Source: a virus (Duplodnaviria; Caudoviricetes). Taken from it: a stretch of 64,000 nt of DNA. The translations under genes were made by a program, and so were the position numbers. Shown one piece after another: positions 10,480 through 20,976 of the stretch (positions within the stretch are counted from its first letter, which is position 1; the number at the start of each line of letters is the position of its first letter). The stretch is from IMG/VR virus record IMGVR_UViG_3300047283_000054, one strand, 5' to 3'. Below the pieces are notes generated by a model, which did no database searches, was not told the DNA's origin, and saw only the letters and a list, made by a program, of their open reading frames with translations.

Positions 10480-10850
10480 ATGTGTCGTCCTGGTTGCAGG
10501 ACCTCCTTGAGTTTGTACAGATTGTGCTGTGCTGACGGATCTGGAGTAAGCGTGTATAGCGATATATACGGAATACCGAGAAGGCAATCGACAAAGCGAA
10601 CCTTCAACAAGTCTATGACAACTTTATTTCTGCGTCATAGAATGTGCGTTGCTGAATGAAACACTAAAGTGCGTAAATTCAACTACAGTCCCATAAACTT
10701 TACAGAGCAACCGGTAGCATTTAATAGCATCAAATAGCTAATTAAGTGGGGAAGAAATAACAACGGATGACGGGCGTGCAAACAACCTTTACCATTGGTA
10801 GTGCTGAATAGCACTACCATGGCTTCAAAGCGGCAATATAGTCCGTATTA
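10480..10850 (+). ncRNA. Putative large structured non-coding RNA, family unknown
   Basis: ORF-free, higher GC than the flanks, several hairpins (cgtgtata-GCGA-tatatacg; ctatgac/gtcatag; ggtagtgct-gaat-agcactacc; gttgct/agcaac). Strand inferred from the GNRA loop and G-U pairs. Confidence 0.45.
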
Positions 10851-10885
10851 GATTACAGTAAAATAGAATAGATAACCGTAAAATA

Positions 10886-10928
10886 TAAGAACGAACGAAG
10901 TGAGTTCTTAGATGAACGAAGTTCATCT
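10886..10928. other. Two tandem cGAAg-loop hairpins (ssDNA-type)
   Basis: taagaac-GA-ac-GAA-gt-GA-gttctta and agatgaac-GAA-gttcatct. Confidence 0.6.
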
Positions 10929-10974
10929 TTACAAGAGATGACCCGATGTGATAAATGAACAGTTACGGGTTTGA

Positions 10975-11202
10975 TTAGAAGAATGGCATCTGTGATTTCT
11001 TAGTGACTTCCAGATTACTATCAATAATTTTCTTAATTTCTTCTCTTTCTGTTGTGGACATATTTAACACATCTTCATATGTTACTCCACCTCTCATGTA
11101 CCAGCTCATACTAAGAGCATTTTTCTTAATAGCGGCACACTCTTGTTCCATATCATCTATCAGCTTCTTTACACCTTCGTGGTCAAGGTGTAGAAGCCTC
11201 AT
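10975..11202 (-). CDS. Baseplate hub assembly protein (gp51-like)
   Basis: Small protein with WYMRGGVTYEDVLNMS-x-x-ERE, directly after the gp26-like gene. Confidence 0.5.
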   Translation of the reverse strand: MRLLHLDHEGVKKLIDDMEQECAAIKKNALSMSWYMRGGVTYEDVLNMSTTEREEIKKIIDSNLEVTKKSQMPFF

Positions 11203-12029
11203 CCGAAAAAATCAGATGTGTTCAATGTAAATTGTTGTTCATATTCGTGTTGGCAATGAATACATTTAATTTTTAATGGTTTAATTTCTGTTTGTGCTTT
11301 TAAACTAGCATTATAATCTCTGATTGCAATGTATGTTTCTCTGTCACAATTTTTTAAGAAATCTAAAATGTATTCTTTTTCCTCAACAAATACATTAGGA
11401 GTTTTTACGTGAGTTACTGTATTTGATAGTATTCTCATAGTAACTTCAGTAATGAATCTAAGTGCTTCTTGTGTTTTTTCCGCACGTACAGCTTCATTTT
11501 CTTCTTTCTCTAACATCATAAAGATACGTTGTGCTTCCATCTGACTGGTACCAGCTTCATTCATTTCTTTATAAGACAGTGGTCTAAACTTAATAGACAA
11601 CTCGTTTATGGTTAATTCTTTTTCATAATCAGCAGATTTAAGTTGACTTAGTATTCCAATTAAATTAACGCCATATTCTGCAACTTCTTTGCAACTTGGG
11701 CATTCAGACGATATTGACATATCATCACCACCGGCCGCTGATTTAATCGCAATTAGTATAGCATCTAAATCCATACTATTGATTGACCAAGGGTCTTTGA
11801 TATCTGGTATACAGCTTTTAATGATATCAGCCATAGCAGTACCGTTATATAACGCATCAGGTGTTTTTGAACTAATCTCATCGATTGCAGTCATAGGATA
11901 TACTGCTAGTTCGCCGGATTCTGGAATATTTACTACACCAGGTGCATACAGTTTACCACCACTAGGAAGTTTTAAATAAATTGCAGGTCTACGAAAATAT
12001 TGTTTTAAGGGGTTGTTTTGAATAGTCAT
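11199..12029 (-). CDS. Baseplate hub subunit (T4 gp26-like)
   Basis: NPLKQYFRRP, LPS-x-G, PMTA-x-DE, D-x-DAILIAI and two CxxC pairs. Confidence 0.7.
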   Translation of the reverse strand: MTIQNNPLKQYFRRPAIYLKLPSGGKLYAPGVVNIPESGELAVYPMTAIDEISSKTPDALYNGTAMADIIKSCIPDIKDPWSINSMDLDAILIAIKSAAGGDDMSISSECPSCKEVAEYGVNLIGILSQLKSADYEKELTINELSIKFRPLSYKEMNEAGTSQMEAQRIFMMLEKEENEAVRAEKTQEALRFITEVTMRILSNTVTHVKTPNVFVEEKEYILDFLKNCDRETYIAIRDYNASLKAQTEIKPLKIKCIHCQHEYEQQFTLNTSDFFG

Positions 12030-12065
12030 TGTTATCCTTGATAAAAAACGGGTGTTTACCCAATG

Positions 12066-12088
12066 CTAAATACTAATGACATATTTAG
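12066..12088. promoter_or_regulatory. Face-to-face late promoters for the tape-measure and gp26 operons
   Basis: CTAAATA on + at 12066-12072 and on - at 12082-12088. Confidence 0.55.
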
Positions 12089-12113
12089 TGGATAAAAAGG
12101 GGCTTAAAATATT

Positions 12114-14888
12114 ATGGATCCAGAAGTTGCAAGACAACTAACCGAAGCTGTTGAAAACTTAACCAGTGTTATGAATACCGCCGGTGGAAGATTAAGCGGT
12201 CTAGGTGACGCTGCCAATAAAGCCGCTACCTCGCAAAAAAGCTTTGATAAAGGCATAATATCAGGTACTGAACAAGCTAATGCTTATGCTGAAGCACAAA
12301 AGAAAGCCAGAGCAGCCGCAAGGAATTTTGCGGATGCACAGGACAGTGCAGTCTCAGCACTTAAGAATTTTGCTACAGGTTTAACTAATACATCTACTGA
12401 ATTTTCAAAATACAATAAAACACTAGAAAGTGCCGGCGACGCCGCATTAAGTTTAGGTAAGAACTTTGGTTTAGTTGGATTAGCAATAGGTGGATTAATC
12501 AAAGGTGTTACTATGGCGGCTCAAGCTGCCACTAAGCAAGCTGATAATACACTAAAAGCAGTTGATGAGATGAACAAGATGGGTGCCGCAGGGCAACTCA
12601 CTGCTAAAAGTGTTGCTGAAATGGGCATTAAGATTGGTCTAAGTAATGAACAATTTGCCTTAATGCCAAAAGCTCTAAAGAGAGCAGGCGATAGTATTGT
12701 TGGTTTAGGAGCAACTACTGCTGACGGCCAGAAGAAAATGATGGGTATGTTTGCTGTTACAAATCAACAGCGTGAAGCTTTCCAAAGAATGGGTATTGGC
12801 CAAGAAGAATTAATGGAAAAGCAAGCTGATTATGTTGCTTTACAAAAAGCTTCAGGTGTACAGATTACTGCAAGAATGAAGCAAGATGGTAACTTGCAAA
12901 AAGCTTCATTAGAATATACATCAAACTTATTACAACTATCAGCTATATCCGGTAAATCAGTTGACGAAGCAGCCGCTATGCAAAAGCAAGCACAGGCCGC
13001 TTATGAGATTCAAATAGATAATGCTAGAATTACACGTGAGATTAAGCAAGCTGAACTAGCAGGTAATACTGAACGAGTAAAACAACTTGAAGGTGAACGT
13101 GACGCTAGAAATAAAATGCTTAACGTTGTTGCCGATATTGGTGACGCAGATGTAACCGCAGGTTTACAGAAGTTCTTAGCTACTGGTGCAATCACTGAAC
13201 AATCAGCCGCATTCGCTCAAATGGGCGTTGATATGCAGGGCTTTAGAAAGCGTATGCAAGACGGTGAAGATGTATCTGCTGAATTTGCACAAGCTCTTAA
13301 AGATGGTATTGCTAGAAAACAAGAAGAAGTAGGAACAGCTGCCGCTTATAATAAAGAAGTTGGTAAAGTATTTGGTTTAACTGAAAAGACAATGGCTTGG
13401 GCCGCAGCCAGAGCAGATGTTGATGAAAAGAAAGCCAGAGAAGAAGCCGCTAAAGGTATAAAGAAACCTGAAGAAGGTACTACTGGTGCAACTACCGCAG
13501 AAGATCCTGCACAAAAAGCTAGAAATGCAATGACCACTGCTACTATTGAAGCCAATAGAGCATTAGAGAAAACATTATTAGCAGCCAACCCATTGATATC
13601 AGGGTTTAATGCATTAACTATAGCAGTAACAGCATTAACAACAGCAGCCGGATTAGCCGCAGTTGCATTAGGTGCAATAGCCGCAAAAGGTGCAATAGGT
13701 AAAACATTAGGTACATCTACTATGCCTGATTCAGGTGGTGGTAGAGGCACACCTAAAGGCGGTGGTAGAGGCACACCTAAAGGCGGTGGATTTAAAAGTG
13801 TAGCCGGCGGTCTTGTTAAAGGTGGTGTTGCCGCACTAGGTGGTATGGCTCTTACTAAAGGTGGAGAATATGCTAAAGAACAAGGTTACGCAAAAACTGG
13901 TGCAGGTCTAGATATTGCAGGTACAACTGCTAGTTATGCGGGTACCGGTGCAATGATTGGTAGTATTGTGCCAGGCGTAGGAACTGCTTTTGGTGCAGGT
14001 GTAGGAGCCGCAATTGGATTTGGAAAAGGTCTATATGATAATTATGGAACACTAACCAGTGGTGGAACAGATGGTGGAGGTGTTGATGCTTCTAGTAAAG
14101 CAACTGGTACTAGCACAGCCGATTTGAAAGGTATGCCTCCACCAAAAGTTAAAGTCAGTAGTCAAGGTATGAGCGAAGAAGAAATCAAACAAATGATTAT
14201 CGCTCACGAAGGTAAGAGATATAGACCTTATCAGGATACTTTGGGATTATGGACAGTTGGTGTAGGTCACTTAATAGGTGATGGTAAATCCTTACCGCCC
14301 GAAATGAATAGAGAGTTTAGTGAGGACGAAATAATGGCAATGTTTGAAAAAGACTATGCCCATCACAGAAGTGCCGCTATAAACATTCCAGGCTTTGATA
14401 AACTAGATGGTAGAGGTCAAGGTGCATTGACTGACTTAACATTCAATATGGGTCCAAGTTGGATTAGTAAATGGCCTAAGCTTAAGAAACAACTTGAAGC
14501 CGGTGATACTCAATCTGCCGCAAAAAACTTAGAACAAAGTAAATGGTATGGACAAGTTGGTAACAGAGCACCAACTATTGTTAGTTTATTAAGAGATAGT
14601 AGCCAAGTTAGTGCTAGTTTAGAAGGTATTGCACAAGGGCCAGAATCTGGTTATTCTGCTACATTGCATGGTAACGAACTTATCAAACGATTGACCAAAG
14701 ATTCTATATTAGACAAGCTTGCTAATACACCAGCCGGTGATATGTTTGGTAGTAATGCAACACCGGCGGATAATAGTGAATTGATTGATTTAATGAAAGA
14801 ATTTGTTGCTAAAATGGATGATTTAATTGACGCACAATCAGATAGTAATAGCATACAAAGTGAATTATTACAGTATTCAAAAGCTTAA
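12114..14888 (+). CDS. Tape-measure-like tail protein with C-terminal T4-type lysozyme domain
   Basis: Ala/Gln-rich helical body and glycine-zipper segments, then HEG-x5-Y-x-D-x-x-G-x-x-TVGVGH...FNMG...SKWY-x-QVGNRA. Confidence 0.75.
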   Translation: MDPEVARQLTEAVENLTSVMNTAGGRLSGLGDAANKAATSQKSFDKGIISGTEQANAYAEAQKKARAAARNFADAQDSAVSALKNFATGLTNTSTEFSKYNKTLESAGDAALSLGKNFGLVGLAIGGLIKGVTMAAQAATKQADNTLKAVDEMNKMGAAGQLTAKSVAEMGIKIGLSNEQFALMPKALKRAGDSIVGLGATTADGQKKMMGMFAVTNQQREAFQRMGIGQEELMEKQADYVALQKASGVQITARMKQDGNLQKASLEYTSNLLQLSAISGKSVDEAAAMQKQAQAAYEIQIDNARITREIKQAELAGNTERVKQLEGERDARNKMLNVVADIGDADVTAGLQKFLATGAITEQSAAFAQMGVDMQGFRKRMQDGEDVSAEFAQALKDGIARKQEEVGTAAAYNKEVGKVFGLTEKTMAWAAARADVDEKKAREEAAKGIKKPEEGTTGATTAEDPAQKARNAMTTATIEANRALEKTLLAANPLISGFNALTIAVTALTTAAGLAAVALGAIAAKGAIGKTLGTSTMPDSGGGRGTPKGGGRGTPKGGGFKSVAGGLVKGGVAALGGMALTKGGEYAKEQGYAKTGAGLDIAGTTASYAGTGAMIGSIVPGVGTAFGAGVGAAIGFGKGLYDNYGTLTSGGTDGGGVDASSKATGTSTADLKGMPPPKVKVSSQGMSEEEIKQMIIAHEGKRYRPYQDTLGLWTVGVGHLIGDGKSLPPEMNREFSEDEIMAMFEKDYAHHRSAAINIPGFDKLDGRGQGALTDLTFNMGPSWISKWPKLKKQLEAGDTQSAAKNLEQSKWYGQVGNRAPTIVSLLRDSSQVSASLEGIAQGPESGYSATLHGNELIKRLTKDSILDKLANTPAGDMFGSNATPADNSELIDLMKEFVAKMDDLIDAQSDSNSIQSELLQYSKA
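13737..13789 (+). repeat. Perfect 24-nt tandem repeat (GGRGTPKG x2)
   Basis: ggtggtagaggcacacctaaaggc twice, plus a partial third copy. Confidence 0.9.
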
Positions 14889-14912
14889 CTAAATACTGAA
14901 TAGACCTATATT

Positions 14913-16706
14913 ATGACATACAAAAAACACTTCACTAGAGTTAATCAATCCGGACAGATGAGCCCATTAGGTGGCGGTAGTGTCACTGGAGCTTGGAATG
15001 GTCCTGGACAAAATTCAGCTACCAACTATAGCAATCAAGACTTTGGTTACAAAAACTATGGTAGTCGACTCCCAGAAGTTTACACAGGTCACCCAAATCG
15101 TATTGAACGATACAACCAATATGAAATGATGGATGTAGACGCTGAGATTAATGCTTGTTTAGATATTATTTCAGAATTCAGTACACAAAAGAATGAACAT
15201 AATAAGACACCATTCAGTTTAGAGTGGCGTGAAGAGCCTACTCCACACGAAGTAGATTTATTAAAAACTCAACTACAACAATGGTGTAAGTTGAATGAAA
15301 TGGAAACACGTATCTTTAAAATCTTTAGAAATTGTTTAAAGTACGGGGATCAGGTTTTTGTTCGTGATCCAGAGAACTTCAAGTTATACTGGGTTGATAT
15401 GACCAAAGTTATTAAAGTTATTGTTAACGAAAGTGAAGGTAAGAAGCCTGAACAATACGTTATCAAAGACTTAAACATTAACTTAGAGAATTTAGTTGTA
15501 GCACAGAAAACAAATACAGACTTTGCCGCTAATCCTGCAACTGGCTTAGGTGGCACAGGTGGTGGTGGAACTGGTGGAGGTGGTGGATATACTGTTCCAA
15601 GTATGCCCTATAACACAACCGGTAGTCGTTTCAGTTTAGGTTTTAATGAAGCCGCAATCGATTCTAAACACGTTGTTCACTTAAGCTTAACTGAAGGTTT
15701 GGATCGCTTCTGGCCTTTCGGTCAAAGTATTTTAGAGAACATCTTTAAAGTTTATAAGCAAAAAGAATTACTAGAAGACGCGGTTCTTATCTATCGTGTG
15801 CAACGAGCACCAGAGCGTAGAGTTTTTAAAATTGACGTAGGCAATATGCCAAGTCATATGGCTATGGCATTCGTTGAACGTATTAAGAACGAGATTCATC
15901 AAAGACGCATTCCAAGTACACACGGTGGCGGAAGTATGGTTGATGCTACATACAATCCATTATCAATGAACGAAGATTACTTCTTCCCAGTTACTGCTGA
16001 TGGTCGTGGTTCAAGTGTTGACTTATTACCTGGTGGACAGAATTTGGGTGAGATTGATGACTTGCGTTATTTCAATAATAGATTAGCACGTGGCTTGCGT
16101 GTTCCAAGTAGTTATTTACCAACTGGTCCTGATGATAACGTTACTCCTATGAGTGATGGTCGTGTTGGTACAGCTATGATTCAAGAGTTTCGTTTCAATC
16201 AATATTGTGAACGATTACAGAATTATCTTGTCAGAAAGCTTGACGAAGAATTTAAACTATTCTTACGTTGGAGAGGATTGAATATTGATAGTGGATTGTT
16301 CAACTTAACATTTAATCCACCACAAAATTTTGCGGCTTATCGTCAAAGTGAATTGGATACAGCACGTATGAGTTCATTTACAGCGGTTGAAGCTTATCCT
16401 TATATCAGTAAACGTTTTGCTATGGAACGCTTCTTAGGATTAACTGAAGAAGAAATCAATAAAAATGAGAAAATGTGGCGTGAGGAAAACGACAAAGAAC
16501 TTGATATTCAGCCCGAAGGTAGTGATTTACGTGGAATTGGTGTATCAGTTGGTGATATTGAGACTGATATACAAACAGGTGAGGATGCTACTGCCGCAGA
16601 AGAAATGCCAATGGATCCGTCATTAGCGGCTGCAGGTCAAGTACCACAACCAGGACAAGCACAACCTGGACAGAATATGCCAGCTCCAGGTGGCACAGGA
16701 ATGTAA
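14913..16706 (+). CDS. Portal protein (T4 gp20-like)
   Basis: LLEDAVLIYRVQRAPERRVFKIDVGNMP, EDYFFP and LPGGQNLGEIDDL motifs. Confidence 0.93.
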   Translation: MTYKKHFTRVNQSGQMSPLGGGSVTGAWNGPGQNSATNYSNQDFGYKNYGSRLPEVYTGHPNRIERYNQYEMMDVDAEINACLDIISEFSTQKNEHNKTPFSLEWREEPTPHEVDLLKTQLQQWCKLNEMETRIFKIFRNCLKYGDQVFVRDPENFKLYWVDMTKVIKVIVNESEGKKPEQYVIKDLNINLENLVVAQKTNTDFAANPATGLGGTGGGGTGGGGGYTVPSMPYNTTGSRFSLGFNEAAIDSKHVVHLSLTEGLDRFWPFGQSILENIFKVYKQKELLEDAVLIYRVQRAPERRVFKIDVGNMPSHMAMAFVERIKNEIHQRRIPSTHGGGSMVDATYNPLSMNEDYFFPVTADGRGSSVDLLPGGQNLGEIDDLRYFNNRLARGLRVPSSYLPTGPDDNVTPMSDGRVGTAMIQEFRFNQYCERLQNYLVRKLDEEFKLFLRWRGLNIDSGLFNLTFNPPQNFAAYRQSELDTARMSSFTAVEAYPYISKRFAMERFLGLTEEEINKNEKMWREENDKELDIQPEGSDLRGIGVSVGDIETDIQTGEDATAAEEMPMDPSLAAAGQVPQPGQAQPGQNMPAPGGTGM

Positions 16707-16723
16707 TTTAGATAAATAACTGT

Positions 16724-16948
16724 ATGAAATTATTTGAAATGTTTGATCCAGCTACAGCAGGTTATCAAGACGTAAGTGCTGATAACAGCAAGCCAAAGTG
16801 GAGAGAAAGTCGTAAAACAAAATTAACATTAAAACAGATTCGCAAATTACGTAAGATGAATGATGTACGTAATTATGAAAAAGTTAATTATCTTAAAAAG
16901 ATACATCAACAATATGCACCCAAAGCAGAAGGTGCACCAACAGTTTAA
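16724..16948 (+). CDS. Small basic head-module protein
   Basis: 74 aa, RKTKLTLKQI-x-KLR; between portal and scaffold; ATG 5 nt after TAAATA. Confidence 0.6.
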   Translation: MKLFEMFDPATAGYQDVSADNSKPKWRESRKTKLTLKQIRKLRKMNDVRNYEKVNYLKKIHQQYAPKAEGAPTV

Positions 16949-16970
16949 TGAGTAGTTTAAACAAAAACGT

Positions 16971-17002
16971 AAAAAAATAGCACTTATTGTGCTATTTTTT
17001 TT
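16971..17002. terminator. Bidirectional intrinsic terminator
   Basis: aaaaaaatagcac-ttatt-gtgctatttttttt. Confidence 0.75.
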
Positions 17003-17052
17003 GATACCCACTAAATAACTCTACAAAGCCATTTACATTCAGGAGACAAACA

Positions 17053-17883
17053 ATGGATAACAAAAAATTTGAACAACTTATTGATTTGATTATCAATGAG
17101 AACGAAGAACAAGCACGTGCATTATTTCACGATATCGTAGTTGAGAAAAGCCGCGAAATCTATGAGGACATGATGGATGATGACATGGGTGAAGGCATGG
17201 GCGGTCAAGTAGGTCAATTCATAGACGAGATTTCAGTTGAAGAACAAGGTATGGCTGAAGGTGAAGATGATGACCTAGAGTTTGATTCTGATGAAGATGA
17301 AGTAATCGACATTGAAGATGGTGAAGATGAAGAAGGCATGGGTGAAGAAGATTTAGAAGACCGTGTTGTTGACCTAGAAGATAAATTAGACCAGTTAATG
17401 GCTGAGTTTGAAGATATTATGGCCGGTGATGATGAAGAAGTTGACGGTGATGAAAGTGATGCTGAGTTTGATGACGAAGCAGAAGAAGCCGGCAAAGACT
17501 TTACAAAAGATTTAGAAGATGACAATGATGAAGATCCTATGATGGAAGCTATCACATTGAAGAAAGTTTCTGTAACTCACGGTGACAATGGTGTTCAAAC
17601 AAAGAGCACAAACTTAAACAATAGCGGTCAAGCTGGAATGGACAGCAAGCCAGTAAAATTCAGTGGCGCAAGTGAAGCAGTTCCAACAGGACCAAAAGGA
17701 CCAAGCAATGCATATACTAAAGGTGAATCATCTGTAAAAGATGCTAATAATTGGAAGAATGCACCAGCCCAAAACAATGCTGATTTAGAATCTGCACCTA
17801 AGCCGATTACTAAAGACGAAGCAGGTAAAGTTCGTAGCCCAGTAGCAGAGTCACGTAAGGCTCCTGCTAAAAGACGTATTTAA
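17053..17883 (+). CDS. Acidic prohead core / scaffold-like protein
   Basis: Very Asp/Glu-rich; strong SD (AGGAG); directly before the prohead protease. Confidence 0.6.
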   Translation: MDNKKFEQLIDLIINENEEQARALFHDIVVEKSREIYEDMMDDDMGEGMGGQVGQFIDEISVEEQGMAEGEDDDLEFDSDEDEVIDIEDGEDEEGMGEEDLEDRVVDLEDKLDQLMAEFEDIMAGDDEEVDGDESDAEFDDEAEEAGKDFTKDLEDDNDEDPMMEAITLKKVSVTHGDNGVQTKSTNLNNSGQAGMDSKPVKFSGASEAVPTGPKGPSNAYTKGESSVKDANNWKNAPAQNNADLESAPKPITKDEAGKVRSPVAESRKAPAKRRI

Positions 17884-17897
17884 GGAATCTGAGAGCA

Positions 17898-18542
17898 ATG
17901 GCTTTGTATCTCAAGGAGCATCTGACATTTGACCGAGCCGGTATGGTTGTTGAATCTGTCAGTGAAGGCGACAAGAAGAACCTTTATATGAAAGGTATCT
18001 TCATTCAGGGCGGGGTAAAGAACGCAAATGAGCGTGTTTACCCCGTTGCTGAGATTGAAGTCGCTGTACAAACTCTGAATGAGCAAATCACAGAAGGCTA
18101 CTCAGTATTGGGTGAAGTAGATCATCCAGATGACTTAAAGATTAACTTAGACCGTGTATCACATATGATTACATCTATGTGGATGGACGGTGCTAATGGT
18201 TTCGGAAAGTTAAAGATTTTACCAACTCCAATGGGTGAATTAGTTAAAACTATGTTGGAGAGTGGTGTGAAACTCGGCGTATCAAGTCGTGGCAGCGGAA
18301 ACGTTGACGACATGAACGGCAAAGTTAGTGACTTTGAAATAGTCACTGTGGATATTGTTGCACAACCTAGCGCACCAAATGCGTATCCTAAAGCAATCTA
18401 TGAAGGTATGATGAATATGCGTCATGGTCATAAATTGTTGGATATTGCAAAGGACGCAAGAGGCGACAAGAAAGTAGAGAAGTACTTGAAAGAGGAAGTA
18501 ATGCGCCTTATCAAGGATCTCAAAATTAACAAAGGGGAATAA
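17898..18542 (+). CDS. Prohead protease (T4 gp21-like)
   Basis: GIFIQG-x-x-KN-x-N-x-RVYP, GEVDHP, GVSSRG-x-G and DIVAQPSAP motifs. Confidence 0.92.
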   Translation: MALYLKEHLTFDRAGMVVESVSEGDKKNLYMKGIFIQGGVKNANERVYPVAEIEVAVQTLNEQITEGYSVLGEVDHPDDLKINLDRVSHMITSMWMDGANGFGKLKILPTPMGELVKTMLESGVKLGVSSRGSGNVDDMNGKVSDFEIVTVDIVAQPSAPNAYPKAIYEGMMNMRHGHKLLDIAKDARGDKKVEKYLKEEVMRLIKDLKINKGE

Positions 18543-18544
18543 GC

Positions 18545-19648
18545 ATGTTTGATGCTATCAAGCCATTACTTGACAGTGGACTTATTAATGAAGATGTAGG
18601 GGCTCAGTTAAATGAGGCCTGGGAATCTAAATTGAATGAGGCTCGCCAGCAAGTCCGTGCAGAATTACACGAAGAATTCGCACAACGTTATGAACATGAC
18701 AGAAGCGTAATGGTAGAAGCCCTTGACAAGATGGTTACAGAAAGCCTATCAGAAGAAATTGAAGAATTTCACTCTGAGAAGCAAGCAATGAACGAAGACC
18801 GTGTGAAAGCACAAATGAAACTACGTGAATCTGCTACAAAATTCAATGATTTTATGGTTACTAAACTAGCCGAAGAAATCCGTGAACTACGTTCAGACCG
18901 TATTATCGCTAAAGAAAGTCAACAAAAGCTAGAGCAATTTATTGTTCACGCTTTAGCCCGTGAAATCAAAGAGTTCGCTCAAGACAAGCAGGCAGTTGTT
19001 GAAGCTAAGGTTAAGTTAGTTGCAGAAGGACGTAAACAATTAGAAGCATTGAAGGCACGTTTTGTGACCGAATCTGCTAAGAAATTGTCTACTGCTGTAG
19101 CAGGACAGTTAAAGGGTGAATTAGGCCAGTTGAAAGAAGATATCAAAGTTGCAAAAGAAAACAATTTTGGTCGCAGAATTTTCGAAAGCTTTGCAGGTGA
19201 ATTCTCAGTTACTCATTTAAATGATAAAGCTGAGACAAGAAAATTAATGCAAAAATTAGAAGAAAAAGATCGTCAACTAGCAGAATCCATTACACAAATC
19301 AACAACACTAAAAAGTTAGTTGAATCAAAAGAACGTGAAGTTCGTATTATTAAAGAGTCTAACCTTCGTGAGAAGACCATGACTGAGTTACTTTCTACTC
19401 TAAATGAGGAAAAAGCAACAGTAATGCAGAACTTACTAGAGAGTGTGCAAACAGGTAAACTGCAAGCTACTTTCGATAAGTATCTACCAGCCGTACTAAA
19501 CACTGGCGCTGTTAAGAAGTCTGTAAAGACTAACTTATCAGAGTCAAAGATGATTAGTGAAGTTACAGGGGATAAAGCTGCCAAACAAGAAGTTGATATG
19601 GAACAACGTGATAACGTTATAGATATCAAGCGTCTGGCAGGGCTTTAA
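18545..19648 (+). CDS. Prohead scaffold (gp22-like)
   Basis: Long coiled coil between protease and capsid genes; ends KRLAGL. Confidence 0.75.
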   Translation: MFDAIKPLLDSGLINEDVGAQLNEAWESKLNEARQQVRAELHEEFAQRYEHDRSVMVEALDKMVTESLSEEIEEFHSEKQAMNEDRVKAQMKLRESATKFNDFMVTKLAEEIRELRSDRIIAKESQQKLEQFIVHALAREIKEFAQDKQAVVEAKVKLVAEGRKQLEALKARFVTESAKKLSTAVAGQLKGELGQLKEDIKVAKENNFGRRIFESFAGEFSVTHLNDKAETRKLMQKLEEKDRQLAESITQINNTKKLVESKEREVRIIKESNLREKTMTELLSTLNEEKATVMQNLLESVQTGKLQATFDKYLPAVLNTGAVKKSVKTNLSESKMISEVTGDKAAKQEVDMEQRDNVIDIKRLAGL

Positions 19649-19678
19649 TTAAAAAGACATAGATTAGGAGAAATATAA

Positions 19679-20875
19679 ATGTCAAAAGTTCTATTAGAAA
19701 GCCGTTGGGACGAGACCAAGGAAGCTCTGTTAGAAGGCTTAAAGGGCACTCGCCGCTCAACTATGGGTGTTATCTTAGAAAATACTAAGAAACAACTACT
19801 TGCTGAATCTTCAGCAGGTACAACTACAGCTGGTAACATCGCTACATTAAACCGTGTTATTCTACCAGTTATCCGTCGTGTTATGCCAACAGTTATTGCT
19901 AACGAGTTGGTTGGTGTTCAGCCAATGACTGGCCCAGTTGGTCAGATCCATACACTACGTGTACGTTATGCACAAAACTTAGTGGACAACTCTGCCGCTC
20001 AAACTAGCGTTACTGCCGGTCAAGAAGCATTGAGCCCATTCACTATTGCTCAAGCATATTCACGTCAGCCATCTAACGATGCAACTGCAACAGGTTACAC
20101 AGGTAACAACACTGCGGCTCTTGAAGGTAACGGCGGTCGTCAGATCAGCGTTCAAATCTTGCGTCAAGCTGTTGAAGCTAAGTCACGTAAGTTGCAAGCA
20201 CGTTGGACATTTGAGGCAGCACAAGATGCTCAAAGCCAACATGGTATCGACGTAGAAGCAGAAATCATGGCAGCTCTTGCACAAGAGATTACTGCTGAGA
20301 TTGACCAAGAGATTCTATTGTCATTACGTACATTAGCATCTACAGAGTATACATACAACCAAGCTACTGTATCAGGTACAGCTACTTACGTTGGTGACGA
20401 ACACGCTGCCTTAGCTGTTCTAATCAACCGTGTTGCTAACTTGATCGCACAACGTACACGTCGTGGCGCAGGTAACTGGGCTGTTGTTTCTAGCGCGGCA
20501 TTGACAGTATTGCAATCTGCAACTACTTCTGCTTTCGCACGTACTACAGAAGGTACTTTCGAAGCTCCAACTAACACTAAGTTCGTTGGTACATTGAACG
20601 GCGCTATGCGTGTGTTCGTTGACTCTTATGCTCCTGATACTACACCAGTATTGGTTGGTTATAAAGGTTCAAGCGAAACTGACGCGGCAGCATTCTATTG
20701 CCCATACATTCCATTGATGAGCAGTGGTGTTGTTCTAGATCCATCAACATTCGAACCAGTCGTATCATTTATGACACGTTATGGTTACATCGAATTAACT
20801 AACACTGCATCATCTTTCGGTAATGCGGCTGATTACGTTGGTGAAATCGCAGTTCAAAACTTGACATTCCAATAA
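19679..20875 (+). CDS. Major capsid protein (T4 gp23-like)
   Basis: VGVQPMTGPVGQI, KSRKLQARWTFEAAQD, FYCPYIPL and FMTRYG motifs. Confidence 0.95.
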   Translation: MSKVLLESRWDETKEALLEGLKGTRRSTMGVILENTKKQLLAESSAGTTTAGNIATLNRVILPVIRRVMPTVIANELVGVQPMTGPVGQIHTLRVRYAQNLVDNSAAQTSVTAGQEALSPFTIAQAYSRQPSNDATATGYTGNNTAALEGNGGRQISVQILRQAVEAKSRKLQARWTFEAAQDAQSQHGIDVEAEIMAALAQEITAEIDQEILLSLRTLASTEYTYNQATVSGTATYVGDEHAALAVLINRVANLIAQRTRRGAGNWAVVSSAALTVLQSATTSAFARTTEGTFEAPTNTKFVGTLNGAMRVFVDSYAPDTTPVLVGYKGSSETDAAAFYCPYIPLMSSGVVLDPSTFEPVVSFMTRYGYIELTNTASSFGNAADYVGEIAVQNLTFQ

Positions 20876-20882
20876 ATCGGAA

Positions 20883-20961
20883 TCCTCTGTTCGGGAAACA
20901 CAGACTACGGTCTGTGTCACAGGAAGGAACAAAGAAGCACTCTCAGGAGTGCTTTTTTGTT
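20883..20961 (+). terminator. Structured 3' region and intrinsic terminator after the capsid gene
   Basis: acacagac-TACG-gtctgtgt (UNCG loop), then aagcactc-tcag-gagtgcttttttgtt. Confidence 0.8.
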
Positions 20962-20976
20962 GGCGATAAATATCTA

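Noticed and set aside
10830-10850. ATATAGTCC resembles the group I intron S element
   Set aside because: No GACTA partner for P7 is visible and no interrupted gene flanks it.
12050-12075. TACCC as an upstream element of late promoters
   Set aside because: Seen near a few TAAATA sites, but spacing is inconsistent.
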